DNA from: Paraspadella gotoi
Taxonomy: Eukaryota; Animalia; Chaetognatha
Assembly (NCBI GenBank): GCA_051294375.1
Contig: CM119268.1
Coordinates: 1,586,549 to 1,650,548 of the forward strand
Direction of reading: 5' to 3'
DNA length: 64,000 nt
Numbering within the stretch: the first letter of the stretch is position 1; each line of letters opens with the position of its first letter. This document shows positions 1 to 12,044 of the stretch, piece after piece. The notes beneath the pieces are model-generated. The model had not been told where the DNA came from. It did not search any database and was given only the letters and a program-made list of their open reading frames with translations. The position numbers and the translations under genes are program-made.

Positions 1-168
1 CTGGACCTTCAGAACGCGCACCGCCGGGAAGTCTTAAACGAAGCCCCAACGCCGACGCCGACGCCGACGCCGCGGTCTTCGCCTCGCGCCGCCACCGCTG
101 GCCGCCCGCCGCCGCCGCCGCCCGCCGCCCGCCGCCGCGCCCCGTCCATCAGAAAACTCGAGCCGTGA
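1..168 (+). CDS. Possible 3'-terminal exon of an upstream gene (Pro/Thr-rich C-terminus)
   Basis: Frame +1 is open from the window start: LDLQNAHRREVLNEAPTPTPTPTPRSSPRAATAGRPPPPPPAARRRAPSIRKLEP*, TGA at 166-168. GC-rich, followed by AT-rich UTR-like sequence. No homology recognised. Confidence 0.3.
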   Translation: MDLQNAHRREVLNEAPTPTPTPTPRSSPRAATAGRPPPPPPAARRRAPSIRKLEP

Positions 169-1102
169 ATGAATTCTTGAACGAGGACCCGGTTTTTTTT
201 TTTCAACTACAAGGTTTTGTCGTTCAATGATTTTTTTTTTGAATTTCGGCCTAAGGGCTTTTGATTCAATTCAGATTTTGCTGCAATCGGTCTTTGAGGG
301 ATTTTTTTTTCATTAAAATGATCAATTCTTATAAATCGGTATAATGGGATTTTCTTTTCCCTAAAATAGATATTTTTTATCGACCTGCTAGATTCTTTTT
401 CTTTTAATGTTGATTTTTAAACACTTACGGGTTTTTTCATACAAATCAAGATTTTTCCAATCGATTCAATTTGGCATTTTCAATGTTCCATTGTTTGACG
501 GGGCTTTAATCTTAAATTTAATAATTTTGAAGTTTTAATTTTAATCTTGTATCAGTTGGTGTTATTATACAAAACAGGCAACAATTTTAACTTAATTATT
601 CGTGTTCACCGACCGCGTTTTCAACCGTGATTTCCTCCTTTCCTGTTTTGATTCTATTTTTATTCCACAACTCCGTTCCAAGTCTTTTTTTTTTTGTTTC
701 TGGTTTAATTCTTTCTCTCGTTTTCTTCAAATTTTATTTTTTCTAATCTTGGGTCGTCGGGCTTATTTCTCCGCCCCTTGTTTTTTTTCTAAAGCATTGA
801 GATGGGCCGGGCCGCGTAAAAGGCCCGCGCTCACGAGTGAAGCTGCAAAAGGTTCACAAATCGCCCTTCCAAGTTACGATTCACAACCGGGGCCACAGAT
901 TACACGCTTCGGATTCGATAAGGAATTGACATTCTATTCGGATTCACTATCACAGGTCATTGTTTCCTCACATACCAACGGTTCACAACCACTTACCACT
1001 TACTCTCTTAGCCACTTACCACTTACATCTCGCCATACACTCCACACCAATTTGCCTTCCAACACTTTAGCTTCCCATCTCCCTCTTATCTCTACCCTCG
1101 TC

Positions 1103-1146
<44 letters not shown>

Positions 1147-1760
1147 TCTCTCTCCACTCCTCTTTTCACGACTGACTCCGCTTTCAATAGTGAGCACCGA
1201 ACGCTGTTTAACCGACCGCTGTCGCACGAGACGTATGCTGGCGTAGAAGGGATGACGACGAACACGCGACGACGAACGACCGACGACGACGACGACGACG
1301 ACGAACGACGACAACGACGAAGAAGTCGATAGGAAAACGATTTGACGCATGCATGAAGTCGCCGCGAGAGAAAATTGAGACATTGATGACAATAATTTTT
1401 AAAATTAAATTACAAATTGCAGTTACAATTATTAACATAAATCTTTAAAGAGCCTTAACAATTACAAATATGACAAAGTTGAAGCTGTTAGATGAGAATA
1501 ACAAGGTAATCACGGTATTTCTAATGTCTAAAATGGTTTTCTACAACATGTTTTATTTATTTGATCAAATTTAAGAGGAATTTAAATGTTAAATTGTTAA
1601 ATCTTATCTTTAAATATTTAAAAACTTAGCCTAGAGAGAGAGAGAGAGTAAGAGTGAGAGAGAGCAAAAGCAGAGAGAGGAGGGGGGAATGGAGAGAAAG
1701 GAGGGAGAGGAGAGAGACGAGATGAGAGAGAGAGAATGAGGAGAGAGAGAGAGAGAGAGG

Positions 1761-1791
<31 letters not shown>

Positions 1792-1948
1792 CTGACTGCC
1801 AGGGAGACGTGGAGAGGAGAAAGTGGGCGAACAAAAAAATAAATCAATAAACAACAACAACAAAGAAGGATGAAAGGAAACAATAATGAAGGACAAAAAA
1901 AGTAAAGGCGACCACAGAGACGGGGACTAGAGAGGAGAGAGAGAGAGC

Positions 1949-1989
<41 letters not shown>

Positions 1990-2184
1990 GCAAGTGGGAG
2001 GAGGAAGAGGAAAGCGGAGGGAGGGGGGGCGCGGAAGGAGGAAAGCAAGGAAAAAACTCGATAACGAGGAAATAAGAAAGAAAATCAGAAGATGAGAAGA
2101 TGATGATGATGATGATGATTGATGATGAGATGTGGGAGGAGAGGGGAGAGGAGGAGGAACTTTGATTAACTTTTGTTGCGATGC

Positions 2185-2235
<51 letters not shown>

Positions 2236-3468
2236 GCGACAACGATTTATTTTTAAAAAAGAAAACAGAAAATGCGTGGGCGTTTTTTGACTTTCGCGTC
2301 GAGGGAGAAAAAAGTGGCGAGAAACGAGATTATTGCATTTTGAATAAAGATCTCGTTTAAACAAGTTTGAGCAAACAATGTCGGATCTAGCCTACGATAT
2401 AGATTAAATTTAATTAGATTGATTAATTAATTAACTTAATAGATTAAGTAATTAATTAATAGATTATTAATTATTAATTATGATAATTATAAATTTATAT
2501 TCAGCTTGTCAATCACATCGAGTGGTCCCTTGAAAATTGAGTGCAGGACAGTTATTAAATGTTTTGTTTACATTTATCAAAAACAGAACAAATATCGTCT
2601 AGTTAATGCGAGCCAAGGCGGGCAGAAGCCGTCCTGTCTAAGATTTTTTTTCCGGTTTAGCTTTCCGGTCTCAGCTTTTTTGCAATCATGCTTTCTGAAC
2701 AAGTGTGATATAGTCGGAAAAGTTGATTTTCATATTAGTGCGCTTGCTAATCATGCAAGATCTTTAAGATTCTCAATGTTTCATATCAATATTGGTATTT
2801 GTTTATTGTTTTATTTAGCAAAAAAAACGGTTTTAATTATATGTTGCCTCTCTCTCTCTCTCTTTTTGTTCTCGTCAGCTGGCTTCTTTAAAAGAACGAG
2901 TTCGCGGCTCTGCAGCGTCTGTGCCAGCTTCCTTTCTCTCTCTCTCTCTGCTCATCTCTGCTCTCTCTGATCTCTCTCTCTCTCTCCTCGTCTCGTCATT
3001 TTTTGTACAAAATTTTTTTAGATATATGTGGGTTCACTTAAGTGTAAAAAACGAACCGGAACAGCGGCGGCAAACCCGGGTGCCTTTGGGTTAAGAGAAT
3101 AGCTCACGCTACGTGTCGGCGCCATAAGTATTTCTGCTGATTCTTTAACGAGCTAAAGGGGCTGTAGAGCTTCTCCTCTCTCTCTCTTTTTAATTATTAT
3201 ATATCGCTCTTTGCTTTTTCTCTTTTTCTCTGCAGCGGCTGGTCTCTCTCTCTTCTCTTTCTCTCTTTTTCTCTCTCTTTGCTGTCTCTCTGTACTCTCG
3301 TGTCTGTGTCTGTCCCTATCTGTCCGATCTTTTGGCGTGATCGTTTGTTTTTTGAAAACATTCGATTATTTTTTTCCTTCTAAAAACTTTTTTATTATTG
3401 CCATTTATTCCGCGTCTTTTTTTCAATACAAAATCCCATATTTTCATCCGAGATTTTCGTGGATTTAT

Positions 3469-3501
<33 letters not shown>

Positions 3502-4056
3502 GCTCTCTCTCTTCTCTCTCTCTCTCTCTCTTCTTCTCTCTCTCTCTCTCTCTCTCTCTCATTCTCTTCTCTTTCTCTCTCTCTCTCTCTCTTTCATCAT
3601 ACACGCATTTGTTTGTTTTATTGACTATCATCGCATCAATGAATGACAATCCATCGGCATCAATGAATGGACAATCATCGGCATCACTGAATGACTGATC
3701 ATCACAGCAGTGAATGACTATCATCGCATCAATAATTGATTATCATCGATCAATAATGCAATTCCAATTACATCAATAAATTACTATTACAATCAATCAA
3801 TTAGTATTACCTCAATCAAAATTACTAGTACATCAAGCAATTCGTTATCGCATGATTCATTCGTTTTTTTTCGGGTTTTTTTCATTAATTTTCTATGATA
3901 GTGGCTGACTCTGGCTCGATCTTGAGTCTTTGATTTTAAAGTTTTTTATGTATTTTATGTCTCCTTCTCCTCTCTCTCCTCTCTCTCTCACGTACTCTCT
4001 CTCTCTCTCACTCTCGTCATTTCTCTCTCTCTCTCTCTCGTTCTCTCTTCTTTTTA

Positions 4057-5303
4057 TGCAATAGCGAGCGATCCTTATGCTTTTAAGATTTTTTTAACTT
4101 GCATCATTTTTTCAACTTGCATATTTTTTCAACTTGCATTCGTCAAAACTTTATATCTAGCTTCTTCACTCACTTTCCTAGGCTCAAAAAATTTCATCTC
4201 AATCTATCATGGGTTAATAAATAAAAAGATTCAAGTAAGTGTGACTCATATTTTTTCATTTAAACTCATTTCCACTGGTACGTTTCCACTGAAAATTATA
4301 TCAAGGCTTCGTCATACACGTTTTCCTACCCACACACGAGAGACACAAATTTCAACTCAATCTATCCATCCAATTATGATTAATAGGAGATTTATTGGTT
4401 AAAAATAAGTAAAAAGATTTTAGTAATTCTCGACTTATGTTTTTTCCATTTAAACTAATTTCCACTCACACGATTCCATCGAAATTTTATATCCAGCTTT
4501 ATCACACACTTTCCTACGCACAACACAAATTAAAATTCAATCCAACCAGCCAATCACGAGTTATTGGAGGCTTTTTTGCTAAGATGGGACGGATGGACGG
4601 AATTGATTGACTAAATTAATTAATTATTGATTAATTTATTTACTAATTGATTAATTAACTAATTATTATTTGATTTATTAATACATCCTGCAGATACATT
4701 TAAATATAAAAGGAAAAAGAAGCATAATCAATTAGTAAACAGGTTTTTTGTTTTTTTTCCATTTAAACTCATTTCACTCAAACTATTCCATCGAAACTTG
4801 ATTTCCTGTTCAATCACACACTTTCCTACCCACATACAAAATTCCAGGTCAATCAGCCATCCAATTATGAGCAATTGGTGTTCAAATAGTGAAATATATT
4901 TTTTTTTGTTTTTTCATTTAAACTCTATTTCCACTCGGACGATTCCATCGAAACTTAATATCCAGCTCAATCACACACTTACCTATCCACACACAAATTT
5001 CATTTAAATCATCCATCCAATCACGAGTAATTGGTGTTTTTTATTGCTAAGGTGGGACGGACGGACGGACGGAGGACGGACGGACGGACGGACGGACGGA
5101 CGACGGACGACGGGAACGGACGCGGAGGTCGGACGACATGCATTTTTTTTGCATAATTTATCATAATTCGCATGTTCTGACATGATATATAGTGTGTGCC
5201 CGACAATATTGAGGGGGCGGACCGACGGACCGAAAAAAGTGAGTTATAAAAAGTGAGTTATAGAGTCGGGATCTGCTGGATAAGCAGATGCCTGGACTAA
5301 AAA
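4057..5303 (-). mobile_element. Helentron/DINE-1-like non-autonomous element with internal tandem units and (GGAC)n microsatellite
   Basis: Right end read on the minus strand is TTTTAGT-hairpin-ACTCTATAACTCACTTTT-CGGTCCGTC; (GGAC)n at ~5055-5135; repeated internal units (aaactcatttccact...cacactttcctacccac). A paralogous copy lies at ~59480-61335. Confidence 0.6.
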
Positions 5304-5459
5304 TAGATATATTTTGGAGCATTTTAATATATTGTCGCGTTAAATGTTGAAGGAAAACAACTGGGAAGGATAGAATGCATAAGTCTTTCAGAAAGTCTTA
5401 ATATATAATAATATATGTAAAAAAGTAAAAAGTACGTTTGGTTTAAATTCGATATAGAT

Positions 5460-5692
5460 ATTATGGTGGACTAAAATCCACCAACCGTTCATCAGCGGCC
5501 ATAGGTGCCAGCAAGTCATTCGCCTCCCAACCCAAAGGTCCGGGGTTCTAGCCCGGTGGTCGCCTAACAGTTAAGAGGGACGAGGCGCTTAACCTGCCTG
5601 TAACACGGTGTAATATCCTGATCCGAAGTTTAGGGACTGCTTATATTGAACGGTTCTGTCACTAACACATAACAATTATCTCTGTCTCTTCA
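5460..5692 (+). mobile_element. ~230-bp dispersed element with tRNA-like (SINE-head) core, terminal hairpin and subterminal inverted repeats
   Basis: B-box-like GGTTCTAGCCC 5544-5554; hairpin GGTGGA-CTAAAA-TCCACC 5465-5482; inverted AACCGTTCA 5483-5491 / TGAACGGTT 5647-5655. Further copies near 24250, 28940, 31467, 37620, 40060 and 53934. Confidence 0.7.
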
Positions 5693-6869
5693 ATTTCATT
5701 GATTTTTTTTTTCAAACGGTTTGAGAGATATACAATTATACATATATTTGGCAAGATATTACAATTTTGAATTAGAAAATGACGATTTTCAAAAACAGTA
5801 ATGTATCGTGGTTTTGATAGTAAACGATAACATAAATTTAATATCATTAATAATCAATTTATTATCATGACGCAAAGCTAAAACGTGGAAAGAAAAAGAA
5901 AACTGATATCAAGGCAGTCGACCGGAAATAAAAAGCAGAAGAAAAACAAGAGAGGAATCCCGACGATGTTTGATTCGTTGCTAAGCGACGCCGCCGCTGC
6001 CGCATCAGATCCCGCTTCCAGCGGTTTGGCGCAGCGTCCGTCTCAGCTGCCGCAGCGGAGAAAAAAAAATAAAAAGGCGTCGAGTGGAATTCCTTACAAA
6101 TATTATAGCGAAAACGTTATAGGAAAACGTTGGGATATAAAAAGCGGAAAAATAAATATTGTTCAATCGGTTTTTTGAAAATATTTTTATTTGTCGTTTC
6201 TTTTTCATACAATGGTTTATTGTTTTTAAATGCTTTTTTAGGTTCTGCCGAATTTGATTTAGTTTAAATCTTGTACTGTATATTATTGTATATTATAAAA
6301 CTAGGACCGATAGTAATCTCACCCACTATTTTCAGAAGACAACACTGACTTCCCATTCCCAAATTGAATTATTAGATAAATAAAACATTTTTAAAAAAGA
6401 AAATATAAAAATTTAAAATAGTGAAAAAAGTAATTTGCAAATTTTCATATACTGTATATTATAAGATTAACATTTTTTAACTCATATTACGTTTGTATCT
6501 ATTTTTACTTTCTAAAATTTGAATAAACTTATTATTAATTTATTTACTTAGTTATTTCTCTTTTTTTAATTCGATGAAAAGTATATTGTGCTTACCAATC
6601 TTTTCTTTTTAAAAATGTATGACTTAAACTATTTAAAAATCCTTAAATAGTATACTTTAACATTACTAGCTTCTTTATTTATAAAGTAAAAATTTTTTAA
6701 TAGATTTATAACAATGTTTTAACTAAATGTTTTATACGTATATTATATATATTTTAAATATTTTAAAAGTTTCGTAATCTTGACGCTTCGTTGGTCGACT
6801 TTCTCTTTACTCTCTGACACAAGGACGAGTCTGACTGAGGTGGCAACGAAGTAGAATCGGTGGAGCGAA

Positions 6870-7095
6870 TGGGAATTGGGGGAGCGGAAGTGATTTGGAA
6901 TCGAGGGAGCGGATGTGATGTGAATTGGGGGAGTGGATGAAATGGAAATTCGGGGAGCGGAAGTGATGGGAATCGAGGGAGCGGATATGATGGGAATTGG
7001 GAGAGCGGATTATATGGGAATCGAGGGAGCGGATGTGATGGGAATTGAGGGAGGGGATGAAATGGAAATTCGGGGAGCGGAAGTGATGGGAAATG
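6870..7095 (+). repeat. 24-bp minisatellite (GGAATCGAGGGAGCGGATGTGATG-like)
   Basis: About 9 degenerate units; ORF translations show 8-aa periodicity (IEGADVMG / PLPRFPSH). Confidence 0.85.
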
Positions 7096-7955
7096 ATTTA
7101 AGGGTTTGGATAAGCACATTAATTCGACAAAGCGGAAGTTGTCTGGGGAACTGAGAATTAGCCCCGCTAAAAAATACGCTAATGAGAGGAATATAAGAAA
7201 TATTGCAGGAGCAAAAAAAGAAAAGACTAGAGCAGAGATGCTCCTACCTGAGCGAATAGGAGGAACCCAATCGCAGGTTAAGTGGAGTGAAGGATTTGCT
7301 TTAATGAGTCGTGAAAAACCTGAGAGAGACTACGAGGAAAGGAAAAACATCGTGGAGAGGGGAAGAAAAGAAAAGAAAAGTAAAAAAAGAAAAGTAGAAA
7401 AAGAAAAGTAAAGTAAAAAAACAGAAAGGAAAGGAAAGGAAGAAAAGAGAAGAAAAGAGAAGAGAAGAGAAGAAAAAAAGGGAAAAAAGTAAAGTAAAGA
7501 AAAAAGAAAAGAAAAGAAAGGTAAAAAAATAAAAGTAAAGAAAAGAAAAGAAAAGAAAAGAAAAGAAAAGAAAAGAAAAGATTGGAAAAGAAAAGAAAAG
7601 AAAAGAAAAGAAAGGAAAAGAAAGGGAAAAAAGAAAAGTAAAGAAAAGCTAAGAGAAGAAAAGTTAGGAAAAGAGAAGTTAAGAAAAAAAATGAAAAGAA
7701 AAGANNNNNNNNNNNNNNNNNNNNNNNNNNNNNNNNNNNNNNNNNNNNNNNNNNNNNNNNNNNNNNNNNNNNNNNNNNNNNNNNNNNNNAAAAGCGCGTG
7801 GAAAACGAGAAGAAAAGAAAAGAAAAGAAAGAAAGTATAAGAAGGAAACCAAAAAAGAGAAGGAGAAAGAAAACAGAGTTTGGAAACCTCACGTATTTTT
7901 CCATCGTCGCCATTTTTTTTCCTTTGGAGATTCGAGCAGTTTCTCGAAAAATGGG

Positions 7956-7987
<32 letters not shown>

Positions 7988-8496
7988 CGTGAGAGTGAGA
8001 CAGAGAAAAAAAGAAAGAAAGAAAGAAAAGAAAGAAAAGAAAGAAAAGAAAGAAAAGAAAGAAAAAAAATAAATATGAGACAGAGTTAAAGTGACTAAAA
8101 AATCTCAAACGAGTCAAGGACAGATAGATAGCGCCCGGAGTCAAATCCATCAAGGAATCATTTCAAGGCGCGAAACAACTCGTCCGGTTCTCAGCGTTTC
8201 TACCATTTGCTTCCTCTCTCTCTCTTTCTCTTTGTCTTTCTCTCTTTCTCTCTCTCTCTATCTCTCTCCCTCACTCTTTTTCTATCTTTCTCTCTCTCTC
8301 TATTTCTCTCTCTCTCGGCCTTCGCTCCAGTTTTCTCTGGCTATGGGCATTGGACCCATCATAGATGAATAATGATGAACCAAACAGAAAAAAAAGTAAC
8401 AAGAAATGAGATTGTAGTAAAAATGCAACAAAATAAAATTGATATTGAAATTGTACATATATATTGAGTAAGCATTCATTATTTTATACTATGGGA

Positions 8497-8614
<118 letters not shown>

Positions 8615-8954
8615 TGACCTCAAAAAGCGAAAGGTAGACGTTAAAAGACGTCGGAATACAAATTGACTCGTTTCAACTTTTAACGAACCGAAGAAGAAGA
8701 AAAAATGGTGAAAAAAAATTAATGGGGTTTAATTGAATTGGAATCGAATAAATGGGAGGGTAATTTTACGGCNNNNNNNNNNNNNNNNNNNNNNNNNNNN
8801 NNNNNNNNNNNNNNNNNNNNNNNNNNNNNNNNNNNNNNNNNNNNNNNNNNNNNNNNNNNNNNNNNNNNNNNNNNNNNNNNNNNNNNNNNNNNNNNNNNNN
8901 NNNNNNNNNNNNNNNNNNNNNNNNNNNNNNNNNNNNNNNNNNNNNNNNNNNNNN

Positions 8955-8985
<31 letters not shown>

Positions 8986-9199
8986 TTTTTGCCCCTCTTA
9001 GAAAAAAAAGGGGCTCAAACTCAACGTAAAATAAAGCGACAGTAAAATGCTACATGTTGACATTTTTCACAATGAATCGAATAGTTACATCACATCGCAA
9101 AAGAGACAATATTATGTATTTTTATAAAAAGTAGATCAGTCTTTAAAGAGTTTCCAATTTATTTTCACATAATTTTCATTCGGCATTGTACCATAAACT

Positions 9200-9252
9200 G
9201 TTGCCAAGACAACAACCGTTGTCAAGACCTTCGAATCCGTTGCCAAGGTAAC
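9200..9252. promoter_or_regulatory. Pair of RFX X-box-like motifs
   Basis: GTTGCCAAGACAAC 9200-9213 and GTTGCCAAGGTAAC 9239-9252 resemble the 14-bp RFX palindrome. No linked gene is visible because gaps follow. Confidence 0.35.
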
Positions 9253-10867
9253 GTCGTTAACGACTCGTCATTCTTTTTTTTTCTTTCGAATTCTCTTCGG
9301 TTCCTTGCGAAACTCGACAGTCTCCATCTGTGGAGTCGGGGGATTTACCGCTTGCGTACTCATCTCTCTCTCTCTCTCTCTCTCNNNNNNNNNNNNNNNN
9401 NNNNNNNNNNNNNNNNNNNNNNNNNNNNNNNNNNNNNNNNNNNNNNNNNNNNNNNNNNNNNNNNNNNNNNNNNNNNNNNNNNNNNNNNNNNNNNNNNNNN
9501 NNNNNNNNNNNNNNNNNNNNNNNNNNNNNNNNNNNNNNNNNNNNNNNNNNNNNNNNNNNNNNNNNNNNNNNNNNNNNNNNNNNNNNNNNNNNNNNNNNNN
9601 NNNNNNNNNNNNNNNNNNNNNNNNNNNNNNNNNNNNNNNNNNNNNNNNNNNNNTTTCAATGTTTTAATTTTACAATAATTTTACAATTTTAAATAATACA
9701 ATTTTCAATCTACGTATTAGGTCAGATATTCAAAAAAAANNNNNNNNNNNNNNNNNNNNNNNNNNNNNNNNNNNNNNNNNNNNNNNNNNNNNNNNNNNNN
9801 NNNNNNNNNNNNNNNNNNNNNNNNNNNNNNNNNNNNNNNNNNNNNNNNNNNNNNNNNNNNNNNNNNNNNNNNNNNNNNNNNNNNNNNNNNNNNNNNNNNN
9901 NNNNNNNNNNNNNNNNNNNNNNNNNNNNNNNNNNNNNNNNNNNNNNNNNNNNNNNNNNNNNNNNNNNNNNNNNNNNNNNNNNNNNNNNNNNNNNNNNNNN
10001 NNNNNNNNNNNNNNNNNNNNNNNNNNNNNNNNNNNNNNNNNNNNNNNNNNNNNNNNNNNNNNNNNNNNNNNNNNNNNNNNNNNNNNNNNNNNNNNNNNNN
10101 NNNNNNNNNNNNNNNNNNNNNNNNNNNNNNNNNNNNNNNNNNNNNNNNNNNNNNNNNNNNNNNNNNNNNNNNNNNNNNNNNNNNNNNNNNNNNNNNNNNN
10201 NNNNNNNNNNNNNNNNNNNNNNNNNNNNNNNNNNNNNNNNNNNNNNNNNNNNNNNNNNNNNNNNNNNNNNNNNNNNNNNNNNNNNNNNNNNNNNNNNNNN
10301 NNNNNNNNNNNNNNNNNNNNNNNNNNNNNNNNNNNNNNNNNNNNNNNNNNNNNNNNNNNNNNNNNNNNNNNNNNNNNNNNNNNNNNNNNNNNNNNNNNNN
10401 NNNNNNNNNNNNNNNNNNNNNNNNNNNNNNNNNNNNNNNNNNNNNNNNNNNNNNNNNNNNNNNNNNNNNNNNNNNNNNNNNNNNNNNNNNNNNNNNNNNT
10501 ACTATAAATAATTAAATAGTTTATAAATATACAATAAAATATTTAAAATATTTTGAAAAATCATTTTGAAAAAATAACGACTTAAATATTATTATTATTA
10601 TTATATTATTATTATTATTATTATTATATTATTTTCTTCGATATAATTAAAACACCTAACATAAAATATTAACAAACAAACAGAAAAAAAACCTAAGAGA
10701 ATATGTTTTCAATTTAAAGTCTCATTACCTATTATATTTTGTTTGAGTAAAAATATTTTTTTTCCAAGGCAACTTTATTGTTGTTCGAAGGAAAATCTAT
10801 TTTGTCGAAGTCTTGATCCTTATAAATATCTATTTTCACGGTCTTTAATCACCAGCGAGCGATTCAG

Positions 10868-11952
10868 TTAAGTCGTTATTTTTCAAAATGATTTTTCAAA
10901 ATATTTTAAAATATTTTATTGTATATTTATAAACTATTTATAGTAACTTTACTTTTATTATTTAATTAATGTGGTATCAAAAAAATATATATTACAGTGA
11001 GAGAGAGAGAAAAAAAAAAAGAGAGAGAGAGAGGACAGAAAGCGAAATTTAAATATATTCAAATTTTTCTTTGCTTTACTAATATTTAAAATATACTATT
11101 TAATAAAATTTACCTTGATATTAAAAATACTATTAAGATCTAATGATGTTAATCCACGCCAAAGAATTGGGCACTGGCCAAAAACAAGTTCTTCATCTAT
11201 AAGAAATCCCGGATGTATTAAAGGAAATTAAATCGAGTGATCTTTTGTTTAGTTCCTCTTCTGACTTTGTAGTTCGATCTCTCACCGAACACTCGATAGC
11301 ATAACTTATTTACCTATTGAATTTGTATAATTACAATTAATTATAATAATATAATATTTAATAATTATAATCGAATATGAGACTGACGGCATATAGGCAC
11401 GAGTGACAAAAATAGAATCTTTCCCCTCAATCTCCACAAATGAGTCATAAAACTGAGTAACAGGGAAAAGCGAAGTTCCCGTTGTACCCGTTTAAATTTG
11501 CCTTGTTGTCTTCTCTGTGGCTTTGTCTGTCTCTTTGCTGGTGCTTCGAAGATGAAATTTGGGGATCAACTGTATTGGACGCAAAACTGAAATGAGACGA
11601 AAAAGGGAAGGTGCCGTGTCCCGGGGAGAGCAGAAACGAGGTGGGCGAGGGGGGAAGAGCGGACCGAAGACGGAGAGGAAAAGGTAGTAGTAAAATGGAC
11701 GGAAGAGGGAAAAGCAAAACAGGGAAAAACGAAGGTAACACAAAAGGGGTGGAATGGAGCGTAGCCGAGAAAAAGGACTGGGTAAGGAAAAAGAAAAGGG
11801 AAGAAGAGAAGAGGAGGAGAGAAAGGTGGGATAGGGGAAAAAGAGGGAGACAGAGAGTAAGGAGAGAGAGAGACCGATACGGTTCGATCCTGGAGAGAGG
11901 AGGAGAGAGAGGAAGAGGGAGAGAGAGTGAGAGAGAAGAGTAGAAGACGAGA

Positions 11953-12044
<92 letters not shown>

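Noticed and set aside
602-1340. 214-aa ORF and possible exons at ~820-955 and ~1190-1330
   Set aside because: Low complexity, no recognisable homology and ambiguous frames in noisy sequence.
1618-2364. LSLSLS/RERERE ORFs here and throughout the window (e.g. 41862-42891)
   Set aside because: Translations of (CT)n/(GA)n microsatellites.
5495-5560. Functional tRNA gene
   Set aside because: Only a B-box/T-arm-like remnant in a multi-copy element; no cloverleaf or Pol III terminator.
6763-7154. Periodic Pro-rich or Gly-rich ORFs
   Set aside because: Translation of the 24-bp minisatellite; no splice or start support.
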